From the NCBI GenBank assembly GCA_013239625.1, contig MU054391.1, positions 1,951,130 through 2,015,129 of the forward strand: DNA of 64,000 nucleotides. The letters run 5' to 3'. This DNA is from Lama guanicoe (taxonomy: Eukaryota). Made by a program: the position numbers and the translations under genes. The notes under the pieces were generated by a model. It had not been told where the DNA came from. It saw only the letters and a list, made by a program, of their open reading frames with translations, and made no database searches. This document shows, one piece after another, positions 12,348 to 22,169 of this stretch (position 1 is its first letter; each line of letters begins with the position of its first letter).

Positions 12348-13619
12348 GTGAGTCCGAAGAAAAGGGGTCAGTAAATACATTCCAAACATGCTTTTTAAGA
12401 AAGCAATCACATTTTCGAAAGATTTCTGTCCCTCGGACTGTGCGGGTGCCCCTGCTTGCACTCTGTTTCCTCTGACCACAGACCCCCCGGCCCTCACTGG
12501 CTGTGGGGTTAGGGACTGGATTGTGGGTAAAGTAATGTCTGTTTATGTCAAGCCATTTATTGCTAAGTTCTTTGATCTAGGAAAAGGTGGAACCTTTGGG
12601 TGACTCTTTTTCTGTGTCATTCCTACGTAATGAGAAACGTGCAGGTGTGCTCTGCTGGGGCTGTGGGACGTGCCACAGGCGAGCGGGAGGCTGGCTGGAC
12701 GGTGAGGCCTCTTGTCTGCCGTCTTTCCAGGTGGGGACCGCTGGGCTGGCTGGCCGTTGGTGCCATGAGCACTATGCTTGCCGTGGAGACAGGAGGGGCA
12801 TTTCAACCCAGTTTAAGGGACGAGTCCCCTCCTGCACGCTGTGTTCAACGTGACTGCTCCCGGGCGGGCCCTGTGGGAGCAGCTCTGTTCAGTAGCCCGC
12901 AGATTGTCCCTGTGGGAAGGGACCTGCTCGGTCAGCACGGCCGCGTCTTTGGGTTTCATCACGAAGGACACAGAGCTGAAGGTGCGCGGGCGGTGGGGCC
13001 GCCCTTCACTGAGACATGGAAGCCAGATGGACGGTGAAGAGGAGCCTCCCGTCGGGGGTGGCCAAGACAGAATCAAGCCCCAGCGTGTCCTCAGGTCCCT
13101 GATGTGGACTTGGGGGCGGGCTCTGGGACCTAACAGGGTCTTTAGGGCCAGTCCCAACCGCAGCAGGGCCCTGCTTCTGGCCAGCGAGGTGACCACTGTT
13201 TCAGGTCACCAGCACGTGTTCCAGCTGTTCAATTTCTCCATTGCTACGAGCCAGTTTTCAAATGGGCAACTTTTCTGCAGAACAAAGTTTTTCAGAAACA
13301 TCAATTGATCTTTTTATTTATCGTCTGTTGCCTTCAATTGTTAGTCACCCCTCCAGATGTGCATTCTCCCCCCTCGCAGCCTGTGAGCTCTCTGCGGGCA
13401 CACGCCAGGGGAGAAGCTCCTCGTGGGCGACCCTGTGGGGCCCTGATGCATGTCTAGGAGTGCGCTGGGGAGGGAGGCAGGGACGCTCACGCAGAAGGCA
13501 GAAGTGTGCACGGCTCTGAATTACAGAGCGTGTGACCGGCTTAGGGAAGGGAGACTCCTCGGAGAAGCCTCCTGGGGTTGCACTCCCATCCTCGGGCCGC
13601 GCCGCCCCTCCCATTACCC

Positions 13620-14061
13620 GGCAGGGCCCACAGTCCCTCCCTTTGCTCTCGCTCAGAAGCGTTAGAATGTGGCGGGGGTTACCCGCGTAGCTTCCCCGGG
13701 GGCATCGGAGGAGGTGACGCGGTTCCTGCCTTGTCTCTGGAACACTCACTGGTGTTTGGTGCCCTGTGTCGCCATGTCCAAATTTTGGCTGCCCCGGGGT
13801 CACCCTGCTGTGAGGAAACTCAGGCCACGTGGGGCTCAGACAGCAGCAGTCACTGCCGTGGAGTTAGACGGGGGAGAAGCTGCCGCCGGGCGATCACAGC
13901 CCCCGGCTGCAGAACGCCCGGCCCGAGCGGGCATCACGGCGTAGAAGCAGCCCTTCTCCCACGTCCTTGGCTCTTCACCGACTGCATCCAGGGTTACGAC
14001 AAAGTGGTTGTTTTTAGCTACTACATTTTGGGGTAGCCTGTTGTGCAGTAATAGTAACTTG
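13620..14061 (+). mobile_element. MLT1E/F-like MaLR LTR
   Basis: gtcaccctgctgtgaggaaactcaggccacgtgg and terminal gtggttgtttttagctactacattttggggtagcctgttgtgcagtaatagtaact. Confidence 0.7.
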
Positions 14062-14171
14062 ATGGCTTGGATGGGGGAGGAGGCAAAGGATTAAGCTAGA
14101 GAAATGTTCTGGGCTCACTGAGGAAGGCTCTTGGACGCCAAGACCAGGAGTTTGGATTTTGTTTTGTAGAC

Positions 14172-14375
14172 CAGGGGTTGGCACACTTTTTCTGTACAGG
14201 ACCCATAGAAACTATTTTAAGCTTTGTGGGCCATATCCAGTCTCTGTTGCATTTTCTTTATTTACTTTTTTTTTTTTACCATCCTATAAAAATGTAAAAC
14301 CATCTTCAGCTCAAGGACCATATAAACCCAGGCAGCTGCCAGATTTGGCTGTCAGGCTGCAGTCGGCCAACCCTG
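14172..14375 (+). mobile_element. MER58 (MER58C-like) hAT-Charlie non-autonomous DNA transposon
   Basis: TIRs caggggttggc ... gccaaccctg. Internal ttttctgtaca..gctttgtgggccata..aaaaatgtaaaaccatcttcagctc. Confidence 0.88.
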
Positions 14376-15422
14376 GCATCAAGAATGTGCCGCCAAAGGG
14401 TTTTTAAACAAAAGAGTAAACTCACCTGATTTTAAACATAACCTCCACCCCATGGGAGCACTGATTCCAGACGTTATAGGAGAAGTATATCGGTAGAGCA
14501 CGTGTATTTTTAAATTCAAGAACTGGATACAAACTGATGTTTGCTGCGCTCCGATCCGATGCATGAGTGCGTCCTAAGCTGTGTCCAGAAGATTCTGGAT
14601 GGAAGCACTATTTCTTATGTCAATAGGGCCCCGGGCCATTTACTGTAAAGACTTAGAAATTTCATTGTCTAAGTAACTGATGTGTTTATAATTATTTCTA
14701 AAATGTCCTTCATCAGAAGTTTTATTTGAAATCACGGATCTTCGATGTAGCTCTGCTTTCTCTGCCCTCGGATGTTCTTAAATTGGAGATGTGTTGTCTC
14801 TCCATGTTTTCAGTGCAAACATTTTGAAATAAATAATGCTCCTAGCGGCTTTGTATCATGCCATCTGCGCAAGGTAAAACCTCGTACGGGGCTCCTAGCT
14901 GCAAAGTGCGGCGGCTTTTAGAGCCTCTGTCCTGCGCTGCGCTGGAGACAGCGCTGCTGCACAGAATTAAACAATGTCACATGTTTTGATTTTCTTCAAA
15001 CAACCACAGATTTGGCTTAAATTATTATCCAGCTGCTTGCTGATTGGAGGCACCTTTCAAAGCTTCCAAAGTGCATCGAATAAAACTGCCCTTTGTGTAA
15101 TCATTTTTATTCTGGAAAAGTTTTTGTGTTGGAAATGTTGGCCCCACATAATTGGCTGCAGCCCATCTGAGGGAGAATATAGTCTGTTTCACTCAAACGT
15201 GAGATAGGCATTTCAGGTCCAATGGGCACTAGGAGAAAAGCGACACGTGAATCGAAAGGTGGGCGTGGAAACCTTGGCAAGTCATTCGGTCTGTCTGGGC
15301 CGCGGTGGTTTACCTGTAACCGGGGAGAGAACGGACGACCGAACGAGGAGACGACTGGTTAACGGGCACCAGGTATGCAAATCCAGCCCCTCCAGGAACG
15401 TCACTCTGTTTCTGTTTAACAG

Positions 15423-15462
15423 CTGTTCCGTGGGAGAGGACGCCGCTTGCGTTTTATTGACG
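15423..15462 (+). other. Candidate micro-exon (40 nt)
   Basis: ctctgtttctgtttaacag|CTGTTCC...ATTGACG|gtaagg. Both sites are near consensus and the sequence is TE-free. Confidence 0.25.
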
Positions 15463-16125
15463 GTAAGGCTGATTCTCATCTTTCTTGCTTCGTGAAGTGG
15501 TGAACCATAAAATAAGATAAAACAGGTGGGAACACGTTGGGAGATACCAAGAAAAATATCCCTCAGAGCCGTATGAAGAGTATTCATTTCACAGCCCATG
15601 AGAAAGAGTCGTCAGTTTCTCATAAAAGTGAAATTTCTTTTGGCCGAGTCAGTTGAGATAATACTTCTCTTGGTGGACTCTTCTGGGTACGAGGGTAAGT
15701 TTCTCTAAGCACCTTCTTCTGAACTGAGCCAAAGCCAAGTGGATCTAATTTCTCGTAAGATGTTTCACTAAGTGTTGTAAAATCACGTTATTTGCTGAGC
15801 GACGGGTGTGGGGCATTGTTTTCTGCCTAGACTGTAATTGAAGCCACTGGGGGTCCTTCTGTCATTCTCTGTCCCTTTGTGCTCCTTCCCTTTCAGTCCC
15901 GCCTTCGCTCAGAGGATGCAGTGCCCTCTGCCTCCGGCAGCACAGTGATGTCAGCCCGTGCTTGGGTTTCTATAATTCCTCTGGTCCTTTCACAAGGATG
16001 TCCTCGTGGGGTCCAGCAGTTGAGCCAAGAGATGGAATCAGGCCCATCTCTTCATTATTTATAATTCCTATTCTCTGTCTCTCTCACATGAACAATACAG
16101 TTAAAAGACTCAGTCAGACCAAACG

Positions 16126-16378
16126 GGCACTGTAGTGCAGTGGTTAAACACCAACGTCCTTTCCACCCTGCTTAGGCTCAAAGCACAGCCCTAAATTATC
16201 AGCTGTGTGACCTGGGCAAGTGACTCAGCGTCTCTGCCCGCGTTTCCTCCCCTGTAACCCGAGAATGTTACTAACAGCCCTTCGTGTCATAGCGTCAGTT
16301 CCGGGGTTGAGAGAATTGAAATCTCTGAAACCCAGAGCAGCACCTGACACATGGTAGGTGCTAGGGACATGTTTGCCA
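16126..16378 (+). mobile_element. MIR SINE, near full length
   Basis: Head ggcactgtagtgcagtggttaaaca, core agctgtgtgacctgggcaagtgactcagcgtctctgcc..tttcctcccctgtaa, tail gcacctgacacatggtaggtgct. Confidence 0.88.
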
Positions 16379-17764
16379 TGTTCACTGCAGTTCTACAGAG
16401 GATCGCAGGGATTGGCGCTCAGTACATTATGAGGCTTAACAGATAACATTTCCAGATCCATCCAAGGACAGACAGCATGCAAGTTTCCATCACAAATATC
16501 GAAATTTGCTGAGAATTCACTTGGCTGTTTTCCTTTGCTTCAAATTAGAAATATACTAACCTGTAACCTGCTCGAGAGTTGAAAATAGTGATGAATGTTA
16601 GATAGGAGCACAAAGTGACTGTCAAAATGGTTGGACGTTCTTGGCAATAACCTGGTCTGGGGACCGACTTTCCAAGACCAGGATAGAGCCCTTGATATCT
16701 GTTTTGTCACTCCTGTTTAAGACCAGACTGTTTTATTTAATAACAACTATGTGTTTCGAGAAAGGCACGTCAAGAAAGTTGACAAGCACCAAGGGGAATA
16801 AGATAGAATTCTTCCCCAGATAACATGATGGTCTTACTACTCAGAGATGGCATCACCCAGTTAACTCCCAGGCATGTGCTTCTGTGTTGCTCGCTAATGT
16901 TTCGGGTAAGAAGTCTGGTCTCAGCAGTCTGGAGGTTCTGCAATACCAGCCAGCCTGGGCTAAGAAACCCCACTCTTGGGCTGTTACGTCCCTACAGGTG
17001 GTTCATGATGGCTCACAGGCAGGTCCGTGCATGCGTGTGTAAGTGTGCATGTGTACGTGTGCACGTGTGAGCAGGGGGAGTGAACAGGTGAGGCAGTGCC
17101 AGAGGATGACCAAGACGCAGAGCAGAGCGAGGGGCTCCTCTGTATTTCAGCCTCGGGTCTGTCTCCAAGGAGTAAGCAGGTGAAAAGTCCACCTGCCCAT
17201 CCCCTGTTGCTTGCTGGGTCCGGGCAGCTCAGGACACAGAGCTGCGAAGGCCAGTGGCGTGAAGCTCTGAGCGTCTGCGGGGGCGTGTGGGGCACAGCGG
17301 AAGGACCCCGCTGTGGGGATGTGTGGTGGCAGGTGTTTTACAGGAGAGGAGCAAACTCTCCTCAGGAATTCCACTGGCAGAGACTCAGCACTTAAAATAA
17401 GACTCTTTTTCTGGAAATGGAAATAGGTCCAGACACAGGAAATGAAACCAACAAAAGCCTGGTGGCGATGGCCACGTGGAATCCAAGCAGCCCGGACAGA
17501 TGGGGTTCAGAGAGGACCAGGACAGAGCCTGTGACCATAACCACACCTGGCTCATTTTTTAAAAAAGCAATGGCCTATTGGGGATGGAATCGAAAGTTAA
17601 TATTCAAACCCTACTGCACACTGTGTCATTTGTGGCATGTAATTACGTTGAAATGAGCAGAGTATATGTTTTATGCCAGACTTGCGGGTCCAGGAATTTT
17701 CAGTCCCTTCACTGTCTTCATGAAATCCTGATTTAGATACCATCTCAAGGTACGGAACACGGTA

Positions 17765-18259
17765 GCATCAGTTATCTTTGCTGTGTAACAAGTGACCCTG
17801 GGACTGAGCAGCTGGAGCCCGCACACATTTTGCCTCCATGTCTGTGGCTCAGAAGTCTGGGTCCTCTGTTTACACTCCTCCCCGAGGCTGCAGGCCGGCT
17901 GCTGGCCAGAGCCGTGGTCTCGTCTGAACACTCCACTAGGGAAAGGTCTTTGATTAAGCTCCGTTCTAAGGCCTTACTTTACTGAGGGCTGTTGGACAGA
18001 GGCCACCCTCTGTTCTTTGTGATGTGACTTTCTAACACAGAAGGTGCCTCAGAGAAAGACAGACAGAGAGAGAGAGAGAGATAGAGGGAGTGCTGGCAGG
18101 ACGGGAGGCACGACCCTCCGTAACCTCACCACCGAACCACCCTCACGTTGTGGTTGCTGTGTTGGGTCCGGAGCAACAGGTGTCCACGGGGAGGGGATCA
18201 CAAGAGGCTGGGAGTGCCCGGATGGGCATCCCTGGGGCCATCTTAGTGCCGTCAGCCAC
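17765..18259 (-). mobile_element. MLT1F/G-like MaLR LTR with internal (GA)n
   Basis: catcagttatctttgctgtgtaacaa..tctgtggctcagaagtctggg..ggggccatcttag..gccaca. (GA)n at about 18060-18085. Confidence 0.7.
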
Positions 18260-18852
18260 ACCGGTTCTCGCTTCTGCTGTTAGGGGATCGTGGGGGAAGG
18301 TGGATGAATCCAGGTGAGCTGCATCCTTCAGAGAATGTTCTAAAGGCTCAACCCTTGTAGGTGTGAAGACATCCCCTCGAGATGAGACACTGTGGAGGCG
18401 ACGGTAGCGGGAGGATTAGAGAGACAACACGAGGGGCCGAGCACAGCCTGGGGTCAGGGAGGGGCTCCGTGGCTTCTGAGGCCTTGCCCTTCTTCACCTC
18501 AGGAACCTTCCTCAGCATGGCAGCCACCCTTGGAAAGGCCTGACCCTTGGCTTGGCTGGAGCCCTTGGCCTCTGCCCACTTCTCCCTACACCTCGACTCC
18601 CGAACCCTCCCTCCCGTGAGCAGCCCCCGACCTGAACACGCCTTAGGTCCGAGCCTGTGTCCTGCACGTCCCCCCGCCTCCCACCAACACCCACAACTGC
18701 CCGGCCAGTCCAGCCCAAACTGTCAGATCAGCTTCAGTGTCACCTGACCTAGGACGTCACCTCTGGCCATCCAAGACCTGGGTTCTGTGTGTCCCCTCCA
18801 AGGGTTTTGGCTGCTGCTGCGTGTGCCCCTCTTCCCGCTGCTGGGCTGCATC

Positions 18853-18950
18853 CCCCCACCTGCCACCACCACCACCTGCCACCACCACCACCACCTGCCG
18901 CCACCACCACCTGCCACCACCTGCCACCTGCCACCACCACCACCACCACC
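18853..18950. repeat. (CCA)n repeat punctuated by six CACCTG motifs
   Basis: CACCTG at 18857, 18873, 18892, 18908, 18918 and 18925 within CCA triplets. Confidence 0.9.
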
Positions 18951-19154
18951 GGCCGCCAAGCACCAGCACGACCACCACGTGTACTGCAGCAGGTGTGAGT
19001 GGAGTCATCCCTGCCAAAGAGAAGCAGCCCTGAGTTCCCTGGGAGGGTCGGGGGAAAGAAGAAAGTGGGGAGGAGCAGATAGAGACGGAGGAGGCCCTGC
19101 AGACGCCCCCCCGACCCGCCGTCCAGCTCTGGCGCCCAGCAACTCTCGCTGAAG

Positions 19155-19168
19155 CCACCAGAGGGCAG
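19155..19168 (+). promoter_or_regulatory. CTCF core motif match
   Basis: CCACCAGAGGGCAG matches CCASYAGRKGGCRS at every position. Binding is not shown. Confidence 0.5.
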
Positions 19169-19180
19169 CTCCAACCCACG

Positions 19181-19460
19181 TGCTGCGGCTGCTCCTCCTG
19201 CTGGTGCTGCTGGTGCTGCTGGTGCTACGTCCACCACTGTCACCACAGCTGCCACTGTCACTGCTCCCACCACTGTTACTGCCGCTGAGCTGTTACTGTT
19301 ACTACTCACACCACTGTCACTGCTCCCACCACTGTTACTACTCTTACAACTGTCACTGCTGCTCCTCCTGCCACTGTCACTGGTGCTCTGTTACCGCCAC
19401 TGCGCCTGCTTCAGCCACACCTAAGCTTACTGTCACCACTGCTAGTCCTAGTACCTCCTA
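19181..19460. repeat. Degenerate (CTG/CAC/TAC)n low-complexity tract
   Basis: Triplet periodicity, with an exact 29-bp repeat ccactgtcactgctcccaccactgttact at 19252-19280 and 19311-19339. Confidence 0.85.
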
Positions 19461-19529
19461 GTATTTATTGAGCACGAATCAACAGGTGCTACTTTATACT
19501 TTACATGTTGGCCTATTTAATTCCTTTTC

Positions 19530-19696
19530 TTTTCTTTTTTTCCCCTAAGAACAGATTAGATCTTTAGCTTTGTAAACTTACATAGTTATCAAAGGACTAA
19601 CGCCAACTACAAAATAAGAATCAACAGAATGCGGTAATCCAATCATAAAGGACAGTCAGATGTGCTTACAGATATTCAAGACGTCAAAATAATAAT
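19530..19696 (-). other. Non-L1 retroposed segment with short A-tail (possibly a cellular 3'UTR fragment)
   Basis: Lies between the TSD copy at 19519-19529 and the L1 fragment. On the minus strand it ends ..ttcttagggg-aaaaaaagaaaa. It does not match the L1 3'UTR seen at 60310-60610. Confidence 0.55.
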
Positions 19697-20184
19697 TAGT
19701 TCATTTGTGTCCTTATTTTTATTGTTACTATTGTTTTAGATTCCTCATATAAATGATATCATATGGCATTTTTCTTTCTCTTTCTGGCCCACTTCACTTT
19801 GAATGACAGTCTTCAGGTCCATTCATATTGCTGCAAATGGCATTATTTGATTCTTTTTTATGGCTGAATAGTGTTCCACTGTATAGATATACCACATCTT
19901 CTTTATCCATTCATCTGTCGATGGACATTTGGGTTGTTTCTTTGGCTGCTGTATATAGTGCTGCTGTGAACGCTGGGGTGTGTGTGTCTTTTGGAATTTT
20001 ATTTTTCTCTGGATGTATGCCCAGGAGTGGGATTGCTGGATCACATGGTAAGTCTATTTTCAGTTTTTAAGGAACCTCTAAACTGTCCTCCATAGTGGCT
20101 GCACCAAGCTGCATTCCCACCAGCAGTGTAGGAGGGTTCCCTTTTCTCCACACCCTCTCCAGCATCTATCATTGTAGACTTTTC
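19697..20184 (-). mobile_element. Younger L1 fragment: ORF2 end and proximal 3'UTR
   Basis: Translates to KQPKCPSTDEWIKKMWYIYTVEHYSAIKKN.IMPFAA (ORF2 C-terminus). TSD aattccttttc at 19519-19529 and 20185-20195. Confidence 0.93.
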
Positions 20185-21329
20185 AATTCCTTTTCAGATT
20201 TAAGATGCAGTCTTTAACATTTGCTTCTCTTTCCACAGATGAAGAGAGGAAGCTCAGAGGAGCTAAAACACTGGCCCGGGTCCTACAGCTGCTGTCGGCC
20301 TGCCTGTATGCGCCTCTCTAGGTTGTAAGTTTCAGGAGCTCGGGGACTGTATTTAAGCTGTCTGTTTTGGTAGACCCAGAAGTGAACACAGGGACCCTTA
20401 CAGGTGTAATTATTGTTGAATAAATTAGAGAAAAATATTAGAATACCTTGTGCAAAAGTTCGTATCACTCTGTGGCTGAATTTTCTCATTTTCTAAGGTG
20501 ATAACACCATGGCCACGGGATTGCACAACTTTGTGAAGTCCTCACACCTTGGAAACACTCCATTAACATGGTCATCATGAGCCAAGTGAAGAGCCGTACC
20601 GCGGTTATACCCTGTCCTACTCCGAGCGAGAGGAGCTGGTTCCGGATGCTGCAATGCCCGACACAACGATGCTGCAGCTGAAGGGAGTTTTAGGTGGGTG
20701 GCCAAGAGCACGTGTTTGCCGTGAGCTCAGCACTGGGTGAAATGTTTCTTCTTAGAGACAATGAAAAATTAGACTGCTGCAGAAAAGCTCACACATGATA
20801 CCTAATCTCGCTTCTATCGGATTAAGGCTTGCGGTGCTGGTGGCGAGGGGAAAGATTTTTCAGAAGTGCGGCGTATGGCAGAGAGTGGAGTAGAGGTGAG
20901 CTGGGCGTGTGCGTGCGGCGGTGGGGGTGGGATATGACTGTTCTGTGCTCTTTACCCCCCAGCCCGGAGGTGGCTCTGTAGCTTTGCAGGGTTCACAGCC
21001 TCTGCATGACTAGGTTTTCCCTCTGATGCAGGTGCGCTTGGCTGAACTGGTGTCCCTTTCACTGAGTGATGCTTACCTTGAACAATTAATATGAGGTCAC
21101 CAGGAAATGCTTCTGGCCCCTAGCTGTGCTTCTGTCTTCACAATAAGCCTCAGAATCACCCACGTTTCCCTGAGTCAGGCCACGGCAGCTGAAGCACGGT
21201 TCCCTGTGCCTCCTCCTTAGACCTCTAAACCCGGTCGTCGTCTTGGACTGTGGGCTTCTGTGTCAGTGAAGGAGGACACTGTCGAACGCTCCTCGGAAAA
21301 GGCAGCGTTTTGTTCTTTGCAGGAACAGT

Positions 21330-21900
21330 GGCTTGCAGAGGCCTCTCCAGGCTCTCGCTGCCGGCGCCTCCTGCCCAGTCGCCTGCGTCCCGCTCTGCTT
21401 TGCCAAGGGCTCTGCCCACACCGCCTCCCAGCCTCCCCGGGGCTCGCGGCGCCTGCAGGGCCTCGGACGCGGGCTTTGCCCTTTTTAAAATCATGAAGTT
21501 GTGTTTTCCTCTCTTCAGTCCCTCATGAATCTACTGAACTTTTCAAAATGTCAGAGAAAGAGAGAGTCGCTGGTTAGCTTTCCCTCTGCTGTGAGCGTCT
21601 GATGCTTATTATCGGGGCCCCAAAGTGTGTCTTCTGTGCGTTGGTTATTTTTAAAAATCCTGTGACAGACCTGTTGTCTGAGGGCGCGCCTGCCCCTTTC
21701 TGGGCCATTTTCTTTCCCAGAGGTGGATGCTGGCTTTCGCTTTGACGGGAGGCCAGGGCTCCGAGGCAGTGGTGGGGCTGGGCCCGCGCGCCCTGCGGCT
21801 CCGAGGGGCCAGGGCTTCCGGGGGGCCGGCGCCTAGCCGGCGCCTCCACACCGTGTCAGGTCCCCCGCGGGCTGAACGGTGTGGACAGAAGTCGGGGAAG
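21330..21900. promoter_or_regulatory. CpG-rich, GC-rich patches (CpG-island-like)
   Basis: Dense CpG at about 21355-21475 and 21780-21900 (e.g. ggcccgcgcgccctgcggctccg). Confidence 0.35.
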
Positions 21901-22169
21901 ATAAACTCTTCCCTGACGCTCCGCTGTCAGTTAAACCACAGACTAAACCCACGATAAAGACTCAACGGGTCCGGGTGTTTGTCTGGGGTTTGCAGGTTCC
22001 TGTGTAATTTGTTTAGCGCGTTATTTAATGAAACTCTCTTTGCTGCGCTCATGCCACGCAACAGAGTTTCAACACACACGATTCTGTATCGACTCCATTT
22101 TTACAAGCGGGTTAATTTCGGGCCCTGGGTTAATTATAAACTCGGTTCTGTCCACTTCTGCCTCCTTTG

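Larger units (their letters stand above)
19462..20295 (-). mobile_element. MIR split by a later retro-insertion (pieces about 19462-19529 and 20196-20295)
   Basis: tatttattgagcac..ctttacatg..atttaattcct resumes as ..tttccacagatgaagagaggaagctcagagg..ggtcctacagct. Confidence 0.65.

Noticed and set aside
18749..19461. Poly-His/Pro/Thr and mucin-like ORFs
   Set aside because: Produced by simple triplet repeats, open in several frames on both strands, with no splice or start context.
20220..20245. Acceptor-like ttctctttccacag|ATG
   Set aside because: Intrinsic to antisense MIR sequence, with no evidence of exonisation.
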